Positions 56,497 to 63,898 of a DNA stretch of 64,000 nt are shown here, one piece after another (the stretch's first letter is position 1; every line of letters starts with the position of its first letter). The DNA is taken from the IMG/VR virus record IMGVR_UViG_3300042154_002686, positions 1 through 64,000 of that record. One strand, written 5' to 3'. The notes below the pieces were generated by a model. The model had not been told where the DNA came from. It saw only the letters and a list, made by a program, of their open reading frames with translations, and made no database searches. Made by a program: the position numbers and the translations under genes. This DNA is from a virus.

Positions 56497-57027
56497 ATGG
56501 AAATCACTCCAATGGGGTTCACCTCCGACAGCGTCTCCCCCGCTGTCCTCACCGCCAACGCCACCGCCTTCGTGGAGGCTTGCAAGTCCCGCAAGGGTCA
56601 GTTCATCAAGTTGGACTACAAGTCCAACCCCGCCCCCAAGTCGGAGTTCAAGGGCACGACCCTCGAAAAGGTGACCGCTGGCATCTTCCGCACGGGGGTG
56701 GACTTCTCCAACCTCACCGCTGTTAAGGAGGCGATTGAGAATAAGGAGCGTGGCGAGGTTCAGTCCCTCCCCAAGGGTCAGACTTGGGCGGTGTTCCCCT
56801 TCGTCATCAAGACGGACAAGGGCGGGGAGTTGCTCCGCATCACGGTTGCCAAGGGTCAGTATCCCTCGGTGGTCTACAAGGTCGATGGGGTCGAAGTCTC
56901 GAAGGAAAACTTTGAGTCTTACCTGCCCAAGTCCAAGCAGTCCGACCCGAACCGTGAACCCCTGCTGGTCTTTACCATCAAGTCCGAAAACCTTATCAGC
57001 GTGGCGGGCACGGAACTCACCGAATAA
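56497..57027 (+). CDS. cassette ORF, 176 aa
   Basis: leaderless start 71 nt after motif. Confidence 0.8.
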   Translation: MEITPMGFTSDSVSPAVLTANATAFVEACKSRKGQFIKLDYKSNPAPKSEFKGTTLEKVTAGIFRTGVDFSNLTAVKEAIENKERGEVQSLPKGQTWAVFPFVIKTDKGGELLRITVAKGQYPSVVYKVDGVEVSKENFESYLPKSKQSDPNREPLLVFTIKSENLISVAGTELTE

Positions 57028-57218
57028 GGGGTGAGGCAGGGGGGAGGTGGGACTCCCCCCTGTTAGTGCCTCCCAAAACCCAAGACCCCCCACGGGGTCA
57101 AAGGGCGGGGTAGGTTCTGTATGAGATGGAAATAAATGAAAATTGTGTTGAACTGTGAACCCCAATCTGCATTATCAGTTGAGTCGAAAGACACCAACAA
57201 ACCAAAAAACACCAAAAC

Positions 57219-57380
57219 ATGACCGACCCCCACGACTACGAATACGACTACGAAAGCGATGACGACCGCATGGACAGGGAGGATGCCCAATCCGAAGCCG
57301 AAGGCTCGGGCTACTACCGAGATATGCCCGTCCGCAACGAGGATGGCGAAATCATCGACTCCTCTGGCTGGGGAGTGTAA
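57219..57380 (+). CDS. 53-aa hyperacidic peptide
   Basis: MTDPHDYEYDYESDDDRMDREDAQSEAEGSGYYRDMPVRNEDGEIIDSSGWGV. Confidence 0.65.
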   Translation: MTDPHDYEYDYESDDDRMDREDAQSEAEGSGYYRDMPVRNEDGEIIDSSGWGV

Positions 57381-57527
57381 AGTAATCGCCTCACCCGAAA
57401 GGGTGGGGCTTCTTTGTGTCCAATGGGGGTAGGTATGTAATGCCGTCAAACAATCATAAATAGTTCTTGTATTTTGAGGCATCTGTGCTATTGTTACAGT
57501 CCATCACCAACCCAACAAAACACCAAA

Positions 57528-57773
57528 ATGAGCAATATGTCTTACTGTCGGTTCAGCAACACGGCCTCGGATATGCAGGACTGCGTGGACGAGTGGAACG
57601 AAGGAGTGTCGAGCAAGGATGAAGCCATCGCCCGCAAGGAGATGGTCGAACTTGCCGAGCGTATCCTTGAACTCTATCAGCAGGATAGAGGCATGGTCAA
57701 CAACCTCGAACTCAATGCCGAAGGCAGGGAGATGGAGGGCGATGACGAGGACGAGACCGAGGAGGAGGGTTAA
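57528..57773 (+). CDS. acidic phage protein (MSNMSYCRF type)
   Basis: MSNMSYCRFSNTASDMQDC. Confidence 0.75.
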   Translation: MSNMSYCRFSNTASDMQDCVDEWNEGVSSKDEAIARKEMVELAERILELYQQDRGMVNNLELNAEGREMEGDDEDETEEEG

Positions 57774-57904
57774 GCCCTCCTTTCCAAGACAGCCCACGGG
57801 CTGTTCCTTGGCGGGGGGTAGGCTTCTTAATTGACCGAACTTTCGTAAAGATTTGGGTTGTAGATGACCTCAATCCATGCATTATTGTAAGTCTAATCCC
57901 TCCC

Positions 57905-58738
57905 ATGACCACCACCACCGCCCCCAAGTCCACGGTTGCCGATGTTATCGCTGACCGCTTCATCAAGTCCCTCGAAAACGGAGTCGCCCCTTGGCAAAAG
58001 CCGTGGGCGAGCGTCCGCCCCCAGAACGGTGTCAGCCGTAAGCCTTACAAGGGCGTAAACGCCTTCATGCTGGCCTTCTTCGGGGGTGATGACTACTTCC
58101 TCACTTACAAGCAAGCCAAAGCCCTTGGCGGGCAGGTGGAAGAGGGTGCAAAGGGTATCCCCGTGACCTTCTGGAAGCGTATGGAGAAGAAGGACAAAAG
58201 CGGGGACTATCTGGTTTGCCGATACTACACGGTTTTCCCCGTGTCCAAGTGCGGACTCCCCGACTTCAAACGGGCGAACAAGGTCATTACCTTCTCCCCC
58301 GTAGAACTTGCCGAGGTCGTTCTTGCGAAGAACACGACCCCCGTCAGCCACGGCGGAGCCTCGGCTTACTACACGCCCTCCAAGCATGCAATCCAGATGC
58401 CCAATAAGGAGTCCTTCAAGTCGGTTGCTAACTATTACGCAACCCTCTTCCATGAGATTGGGCACTCCCTCGGGGAGCACTCCTCGGACTCCTTCGGGGG
58501 TGAGGTCTACGCAAAGGAGGAACTTGTGGCCGAACTTTTCGCCTCGATTGCCCTCCAACATTGCGGACTCCTCGAAAGCGTAAACTTCGACAATTCGACC
58601 GCTTACCTCGGGTCTTGGCTGAAAGCCCTTAATGATGATAAGACTCTCATCCAGAAAGCCAGCACGGAAGCCTTCAAGCGGTGGGAGAAACTGATGGGCA
58701 AGGTCGAAGAGGAGGTCGAGGAGGAGGTCGAGGCATAA
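57905..58738 (+). CDS. ardC: ArdC-like antirestriction protein (ssDNA-binding N-domain plus zincin-like domain)
   Basis: LENGVAPWQKPW, YKGVN, TYKQAKALGGQV, YYTVF, AYYTPS, TLFHEIGH, YAKEELVAE. Confidence 0.9.
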   Translation: MTTTTAPKSTVADVIADRFIKSLENGVAPWQKPWASVRPQNGVSRKPYKGVNAFMLAFFGGDDYFLTYKQAKALGGQVEEGAKGIPVTFWKRMEKKDKSGDYLVCRYYTVFPVSKCGLPDFKRANKVITFSPVELAEVVLAKNTTPVSHGGASAYYTPSKHAIQMPNKESFKSVANYYATLFHEIGHSLGEHSSDSFGGEVYAKEELVAELFASIALQHCGLLESVNFDNSTAYLGSWLKALNDDKTLIQKASTEAFKRWEKLMGKVEEEVEEEVEA

Positions 58739-58892
58739 GACCTCGGGGGTGGGGGCTGTTAGCCCTCACCCTTTTTTGTGTCCTCCCAAAAGGGCAAGGC
58801 ACGGAGTAGGTTCCTTAATTGACCGAACAATCGTATGGGGGGTCAAAGATTGTTCTCGCCTTTTGGGTGAAAGTGGTCATGCTGTATGTCCG

Positions 58893-59183
58893 ATGAATAA
58901 CACCACACCCACACACACGCTCCGCTTCACCTCTAACATGGTCTTCTGCAAGACCGAGTTTATGGCATCAGAGGAGTCCGTCACCCACGCCCTTAACATC
59001 CTGCAAGGCGAGCCAGACCTTGAACTCATGGTCGAGGTCAAGGAGACCCCCATGTCCGCAGGTCAAGAGTTCCCTTGCCTCTATCGGGTCAGCCCCACCA
59101 AGCCCGACCCCGAAGGGGATGCCTTTTGGTTTCTGACCGCAACCCTCTCAAACGGGCAGGAAGTTTATCTCCTGCAACGGTAA
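58893..59183 (+). CDS. cassette ORF
   Basis: cassette architecture. Confidence 0.7.
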   Translation: MNNTTPTHTLRFTSNMVFCKTEFMASEESVTHALNILQGEPDLELMVEVKETPMSAGQEFPCLYRVSPTKPDPEGDAFWFLTATLSNGQEVYLLQR

Positions 59184-59224
59184 AATAAACTTGCAATCCA
59201 TCCAACTCTAATCATACTCTCCTT

Positions 59225-59431
59225 ATGAATAACCTCAATACCTGTTCGTGCGGTAGCGGCAAGCCTTCCTTCTGGATTAATGACGGGCACGGCATCCCGC
59301 TGTGCAAGGTCTGCCCGACCTGCAAGGCGACCAAGTTGAAGGGGTATCGGTCGGACATTATGACGGCTTACTCGGCAGACGAGCCGATTGACGGGGACGG
59401 CTTTGCCGACTACGGAAACGAGGGCTGGTAG
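59225..59431 (+). CDS. small zinc-binding protein
   Basis: CSCGSGK...LCKVCPTC; TTGCAA-16-CATACT leaderless promoter. Confidence 0.75.
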   Translation: MNNLNTCSCGSGKPSFWINDGHGIPLCKVCPTCKATKLKGYRSDIMTAYSADEPIDGDGFADYGNEGW

Positions 59432-59558
59432 CCCTTCTTTTTGGGAGCCCCGAGGGGGGCTCTCTTTGCGGGGGTAGGCTCTTAATGACGGCAATTTGTC
59501 GTAAATGAGACTTGTAAATGACCCCGACCTGTGCATCATGTATTGTCTATCACCTCCC

Positions 59559-59771
59559 ATGAAAGACCCAAAAATCCACGCCATCGTCTCCGACCTCTAC
59601 TACCTCTGGCTCGACCAGATTGATGTTCGGAATACCTCCAAGTATGGAACTGCCAAATACGCCAAGGCGGAAGCCAAGGCTGACGAGTATGAGAACAAGG
59701 CTTCCATGATGGTCTTTGGAGACCACCTCCATACCATGACCGAGTGCTTCTACGGCAGGGAGGAAGAATAA
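59559..59771 (+). CDS. cassette ORF
   Basis: cassette architecture. Confidence 0.7.
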   Translation: MKDPKIHAIVSDLYYLWLDQIDVRNTSKYGTAKYAKAEAKADEYENKASMMVFGDHLHTMTECFYGREEE

Positions 59772-59819
59772 TCCAAAATAACACTTGCAATTTATCCAAA
59801 CCCATACATACTACTAAAC

Positions 59820-60179
59820 ATGATGAAAATCAAAGAAACCCCCACCCACTTCTCCGAAACCACCGTTAAGGACGGCAAGGTTTATTTTGACGGCCATGTT
59901 GCCGTCCTGTTTTCCGTTGGCTTTGGTGCTGGCTGGTCTACTTGGAACAGGGATGTGGACTGCCTGTTTACCCCCGCTATTGTCGAGCAGGTCATGCAGG
60001 GCGAAGTCACGCAGGAGTTTGCCAAGTCGTGCTACTCCGATGCCCCTTACTTCTATGCTGGGGGCAATGACGGCCTGTCCATCGCATGGGTCAAGGTCGG
60101 GACGAAGTTCCGCATCACGGAATACGATGGTGCGGAGGGTATCGAGACTCTCGACCAGACCGATTGGAAGACGGCTTGA
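59820..60179 (+). CDS. conserved-looking phage hypothetical protein
   Basis: VAVLFSVGFGAGWSTWN...FRITEYDGAE. Confidence 0.8.
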   Translation: MMKIKETPTHFSETTVKDGKVYFDGHVAVLFSVGFGAGWSTWNRDVDCLFTPAIVEQVMQGEVTQEFAKSCYSDAPYFYAGGNDGLSIAWVKVGTKFRITEYDGAEGIETLDQTDWKTA

Positions 60180-60304
60180 TAGTCGTGCCAGAGTCCAGCC
60201 TTACGGCTGGGCTCCATGCCGTGGGGGTAGGTTTCTTGCGGGCATAAAATAGTTCTTGTATTTTGAGCCATTCCATGCACAATGTCTTTCTCATCACCCA
60301 ACAC

Positions 60305-60625
60305 ATGAACAACAACACCACCCCCCTGTCCGCTTTCTTGGCGGAACACACCACCCACCTCCCCTCGGAAGTCCTTGTCCTCTGGATGGACAACCTTAAC
60401 GAGACCGTCCCGACCCGCAAGTTGCTCGACCAAGCGGAAGACGCTTACATTGGCGAGTTCCGAGACTTCACCCGCCTTGCCGAGCATCTGGTAGACGAGT
60501 CGGGCATGCTCTCTAACATCCCCTCCGAAATCGCCAACTATTTCGATTATGAGAAGTATGGCAACGACCTCCGACTTGGCGGGGATGTCTGGGAGTCGGA
60601 TGGGCACTTCTTCCGCAACATCTAA
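60305..60625 (+). CDS. ardA: ArdA-like antirestriction (DNA-mimic) protein
   Basis: EDAYIGEF...AEHLVDESGML.NIPSEIANYFDYEKYGNDL...GHFF. Confidence 0.85.
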   Translation: MNNNTTPLSAFLAEHTTHLPSEVLVLWMDNLNETVPTRKLLDQAEDAYIGEFRDFTRLAEHLVDESGMLSNIPSEIANYFDYEKYGNDLRLGGDVWESDGHFFRNI

Positions 60626-60638
60626 TCCAACACCAACC

Positions 60639-60806
60639 ATGAAAAAACCCAAAATCAAAAACACCGTGGACACGGAACAAGTCCTCGCTTGGCTCGGGGA
60701 CGACGACACCCTTGAACAGGCTATCGAAATCATTGCCGACATTGCAAACGGGGACTACAAGCCCAACTTGCTCCGACAGGAAATCACCGATTATAACCAA
60801 GAATAA
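60639..60806 (+). CDS. hypothetical protein
   Basis: MKKPKIKNTVDTEQVLAWLG... Confidence 0.65.
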   Translation: MKKPKIKNTVDTEQVLAWLGDDDTLEQAIEIIADIANGDYKPNLLRQEITDYNQE

Positions 60807-61060
60807 TGGAAACTATGAACGACATTGAAAAGCAAATTGTGGCATTAAACTCTGATTATCTCACCTGCCCCGAGACCCTGCCTCGGGCGTGGTCGGAGAT
60901 GACTCCGAGCGAGCAAGCCATGACCATCTGGTTCGTTAAGGGGCGTTCCTTCTTCTATGTGGATAAGATTGCCCGCCATGTGGTCGCCTGTGCCATCGAG
61001 AAGAACGGTGGGACGATTACCGAAGAAGAGGCGACTCGGCTCTGGGGGCTGTTTCACTGA
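60806..61060 (+). CDS. hypothetical protein
   Basis: TAATG coupling. Confidence 0.65.
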   Translation: METMNDIEKQIVALNSDYLTCPETLPRAWSEMTPSEQAMTIWFVKGRSFFYVDKIARHVVACAIEKNGGTITEEEATRLWGLFH

Positions 61061-61179
61061 CACCCCTCATTTTTCCGACCCCCCGTCAACGGGGGCAAGG
61101 CGGGGTAGGCTTCTAATTGAGCGAAACATTTCATTAGATTTTTCTTGAACTTTGGTTCAAACTATGAATAATGATTTGA

Positions 61180-61353
61180 ATGAACCACCCCATCCGATAT
61201 AACATCAATGACTACATCTACGCAGAAGCGGAAGTTATCCGTGCCCACCGCTACGGAAACCTTGCCGAGCAAATCAAGGCAACGGAACACAAGCAGAAAG
61301 TCCTCAAAGCCATGGAAGAACAGCGAAAGGAAGACGAAGAAAACCGAAAATAA
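61180..61353 (+). CDS. cassette ORF, 57 aa
   Basis: MNHPIRYNINDYIYAEAEV...; ATG 71 nt after motif. Confidence 0.6.
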   Translation: MNHPIRYNINDYIYAEAEVIRAHRYGNLAEQIKATEHKQKVLKAMEEQRKEDEENRK

Positions 61354-61393
61354 ATCTCGACAAAAGAGAAAAACCATGCACAATGACTCTCGT

Positions 61394-61534
61394 ATGAAAA
61401 CCAAATCCATCAAGTTCATCGACATTATGACCAGCGTCCGCAAGGTCGGGGGTCGGGCTTCCTCTGTCTTCATCGGCAAGAAAGCCAAGGTTCGTGCCAA
61501 CCGCCACGCTTGGAAGAAGGAGGAACTCGTCTAA
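61394..61534 (+). CDS. basic 46-aa peptide, paralogue of 52002-52136
   Basis: IMTSVRKVGGRAS...KKAKVRANRHAWK. Confidence 0.7.
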   Translation: MKTKSIKFIDIMTSVRKVGGRASSVFIGKKAKVRANRHAWKKEELV

Positions 61535-61788
61535 TGCGAACCAACTCAAAAGTCACGAAGGAGGAACTCCGCATGGCCTCCGAGGAGACTCGCTACATCC
61601 TCAAAAAGCCTCCGCTTGAATACGCCAACACCGATGCTGGGTTTGGTGCGGCTACGAGGGACTTTGAATTCCTCATGGACTACGCCCTTGGGACTGACGA
61701 GGGAGAGGTCATCAACAACGCCTTGGATTGGAAACGCTGGGAACTCCAAGCGTATTACAAGAAACTCCACGGATGGGACATTGTTTAA
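61534..61788 (+). CDS. hypothetical protein
   Basis: TAATG coupling. Confidence 0.65.
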   Translation: MRTNSKVTKEELRMASEETRYILKKPPLEYANTDAGFGAATRDFEFLMDYALGTDEGEVINNALDWKRWELQAYYKKLHGWDIV

Positions 61789-61790
61789 TT

Positions 61791-61985
61791 ATGAGCAATC
61801 AGACATTCCGAGTTAAGAACATCGAGACGGGAGAAATCCATGTCTGGGATGCCAAGCGGGTTCTTGCGGAAATCAACCGAGACCGCTATGACGAGTGGAT
61901 GAACTATGACGAGGATGACGACATTCGTGGGGCTTGGAACATCTGGGTCGAGGATGGAGAACCTTGGCGGATGTTGGACGAGTAA
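61791..61985 (+). CDS. hypothetical protein
   Basis: VLAEINRDRYDEWMNYDE motif. Confidence 0.7.
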   Translation: MSNQTFRVKNIETGEIHVWDAKRVLAEINRDRYDEWMNYDEDDDIRGAWNIWVEDGEPWRMLDE

Positions 61986-62102
61986 GTAGTCGAGCCCCTT
62001 CGGGGGCTCTTCTTTTGTCTTGCCGTGGTAGGCTTTTAATGACGGCAGATTGTCGTAAAATTGTGTTGTATTAACGCCAGAAGTGTGAACAATGTCTCTC
62101 GT

Positions 62103-62324
62103 ATGAACAACCTCATCCATCCCTCCCTCCGTTCCCTTCACGCCCTCCGAGATGTTGAAGGGGATGCCATTGACCCTCACTTCTCTTGGAGTCCCTGCGA
62201 GTGCTGTGGAGACCGCCTTGGCGGTAATCGCTACGACTGTGAAGCCCTTGCCGTTGAGAACGGGGTTCTGGTTCAACTCGACAACTGCTCGGCTTGCCCC
62301 GACTGCATTGTGAAGTTTCAGTAA
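62103..62324 (+). CDS. Cys-rich cassette ORF
   Basis: FSWSPCECCGDRLGGNRY...CPDC. Confidence 0.75.
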   Translation: MNNLIHPSLRSLHALRDVEGDAIDPHFSWSPCECCGDRLGGNRYDCEALAVENGVLVQLDNCSACPDCIVKFQ

Positions 62325-62380
62325 AATAAACTTGCATTAATAAAAAAACCTGCCATACTGCATCTCACATCACCAATACT

Positions 62381-62686
62381 ATGAACCTCGGCATCGAATA
62401 CAAAATCAAATACTTCACCAACTACGAAACAAAGGAGGAGAAGGAGATTGTTATCACCATGGACAAGGTAGACAACCTCTACATTGGCAAGGGCAATTCC
62501 TGCCGTTGCGGATGCGGGGGCGACTATTTTGAAATTGATGAAAACGAGCGAGCCATCGAGAAATCCCTGCGACAAATGTCCAGCGGTGAATACGAGGTTC
62601 GCTCCATTGAGGACTACATCTTCGAAATCACCACCAGCGTAAATGGTGACTACGAGCGTGTGAAAACGCTCTACCTCAAAAAATAA
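62381..62686 (+). CDS. hypothetical protein
   Basis: YIGKGNSCRCGCGGDY; own promoter TTGCAT-16-CATACT. Confidence 0.75.
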   Translation: MNLGIEYKIKYFTNYETKEEKEIVITMDKVDNLYIGKGNSCRCGCGGDYFEIDENERAIEKSLRQMSSGEYEVRSIEDYIFEITTSVNGDYERVKTLYLKK

Positions 62687-62725
62687 ACCTTGCAAAAACA
62701 GAAAAACCTGTTATCTTGTATCTCT

Positions 62726-63022
62726 ATGAATAACCCCGAACAGTTCCAGAAAGTTAAGAATGAAGTCACGGACGAAATCGTAAAGCGATACGGACACCCT
62801 GTGTCCTTTTGGGAGAAGTTCCAAATCAAGAACATTGTCGGCAAGGTCATGGCGGAGGCGGACAAGAATGGGGAGGCTTGCCTCATCTACCAAGCCGTAG
62901 CAGAAATGGCGGAAAAGATGCACGAAGAATGCGTGGTGGAGTTTGAAGACGAATTGGAGTGCAAGCAGAGGTCTGGCCGTGTTCTTGGCATTTGTTGCCA
63001 TGCGAACGCACTTTGTGGCTAA
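62726..63022 (+). CDS. hypothetical protein
   Basis: TTGCAA-16-TATCTT leaderless promoter. Confidence 0.65.
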   Translation: MNNPEQFQKVKNEVTDEIVKRYGHPVSFWEKFQIKNIVGKVMAEADKNGEACLIYQAVAEMAEKMHEECVVEFEDELECKQRSGRVLGICCHANALCG

Positions 63023-63146
63023 CCGTAGCACCCTGTTAAAACACCCCTCTGGGGGTGTGTTTAGCACGGGGGTAGGCTTTTAATTGCACGAAGATTGTCG
63101 TAAAATGTTGTTGCCTTTGACCCCAAAGTGTGAATGATGTATGTCT

Positions 63147-63473
63147 ATGACCACCCATACTACTCCTCGATACTACCTCACCCCCTGCATCGGCTCGACC
63201 GAGCAAAAGAGTGACGGCATCCGCTACATCATGGCAGAGCCGTCTTACATCCGCTCGCTTGTGCGTGAAGCAGTTAAGAGTGGCAATACCGACACCTTCT
63301 CCGAAGAGGTTATCATCCACTCGAAGGATGGCGGTGACAACTCCCCGCAGGACTCCGAAGTCTATGTTGCCCGATTTGACACCCATGCTTCTTGGGGTCT
63401 CCGTCTTGACATTGACATTGACGAGTCTTCTACGCAGACCCTCTGGCTCGAATTCGTTCGAGACGCTAACTAA
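63147..63473 (+). CDS. cassette ORF
   Basis: ATG 71 nt after motif. Confidence 0.7.
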   Translation: MTTHTTPRYYLTPCIGSTEQKSDGIRYIMAEPSYIRSLVREAVKSGNTDTFSEEVIIHSKDGGDNSPQDSEVYVARFDTHASWGLRLDIDIDESSTQTLWLEFVRDAN

Positions 63474-63475
63474 TC

Positions 63476-63649
63476 ATGGAAGACCAAGATAAGCACCGCA
63501 TGGCAGAGGTTCGAGACCTTGTGCTTTATGTTATCCGAGCAAAGGACAAGTTGGATGGGCAGGGTGAACCTGCCCGTTCCGAGAACCTTGCCAGAATTCG
63601 AGAAGCCCAGATGCGACTTGAAGTCATAAAGGCAGAGATGGGGTTATGA
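63476..63649 (+). CDS. hypothetical protein, 57 aa
   Basis: MEDQDKHRMAEVRDLVLYVIRAK... Confidence 0.55.
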   Translation: MEDQDKHRMAEVRDLVLYVIRAKDKLDGQGEPARSENLARIREAQMRLEVIKAEMGL

Positions 63650-63697
63650 CCCCATTTTTGCCACCCCCCCTCACAGGCAAACAACTGGGGTAGGCTT

Positions 63698-63898
63698 TTA
63701 AATAGTTCGGAAGAAGGGGGGCATGCTTTGTAGAAAGAACTTTGCCGCTTCAACCATGTCCTCGTCTGTCCACTTCTTTTCGAGTTCAGCCACCCCAGAC
63801 TCTTTCAAAAGGTTTCTATATTTCTCGCAAGCCATCTTGTGACTGTCGGTTCCGACCGATGAGACCAGTTCAACTGACAGGAGTCTGTATTTATCCAT
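63698..63898 (-). CDS. hypothetical protein, inverted relative to the array
   Basis: own promoter TTGACA-16-CATACT on the minus strand. Confidence 0.6.
   Translation of the reverse strand: MDKYRLLSVELVSSVGTDSHKMACEKYRNLLKESGVAELEKKWTDEDMVEAAKFFLQSMPPFFRTI

Larger units (their letters stand above)
43041..62016 (+). terminator. series of intrinsic terminators closing most cassettes
   Basis: e.g. GAGCCCCC-AC-GGGGGCTC-T8 at 43041, AAGCCCC-TTCG-GGGGCTT at 50101, GAGCCCC-TTCG-GGGGCTC at 61992; each lies a few nt before a GTAGG motif. Confidence 0.85.
42793..63694 (+). repeat. dispersed polar repeat YCYRC-GNGG-GTAGGY, about 49 copies, one per cassette
   Basis: core at 42798, 43074, 43825, 44087, 44458, 44759, 45107, 45395, 45725, 46128, 46412, 46810, 47155, 47489, 47822, 48155, 48503, 48788, 49203, 49446, 49819, 50134, 50555, 50859, 51244, 51572, 51925, 52180, 52561, 52898, 53269, 53592, 53993, 54228, 54641, 55014, 55666, 56016, 56420, 57108, 57427, 57816, 58804, 59472, 60225, 61103, 62027, 63070, 63688. 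Confidence 0.92.

Noticed and set aside
43141-63400. Long minus-strand ORFs across the array (e.g. 43364-43993, 46688-47407, 52081-52758, 60053-60742)
   Set aside because: They cross terminators and promoters and are shadows of the C-rich plus-strand codon bias.
42793-63694. Array as a CRISPR or classical integron
   Set aside because: Repeats are short and degenerate, the intervals are 250-1000 bp genes, there are no attC R''/R' boxes (RYYYAAC...GTTRRRY), and no cas or intI gene is visible.
42793-63694. GGGTAGG as an FtsK KOPS (GGGNAGGG) or Chi site
   Set aside because: The eighth base is not G in the copies I read, variants (GGATAGG, GAGTAGG) break KOPS, and the fixed spacing to promoters argues for a transcriptional role.
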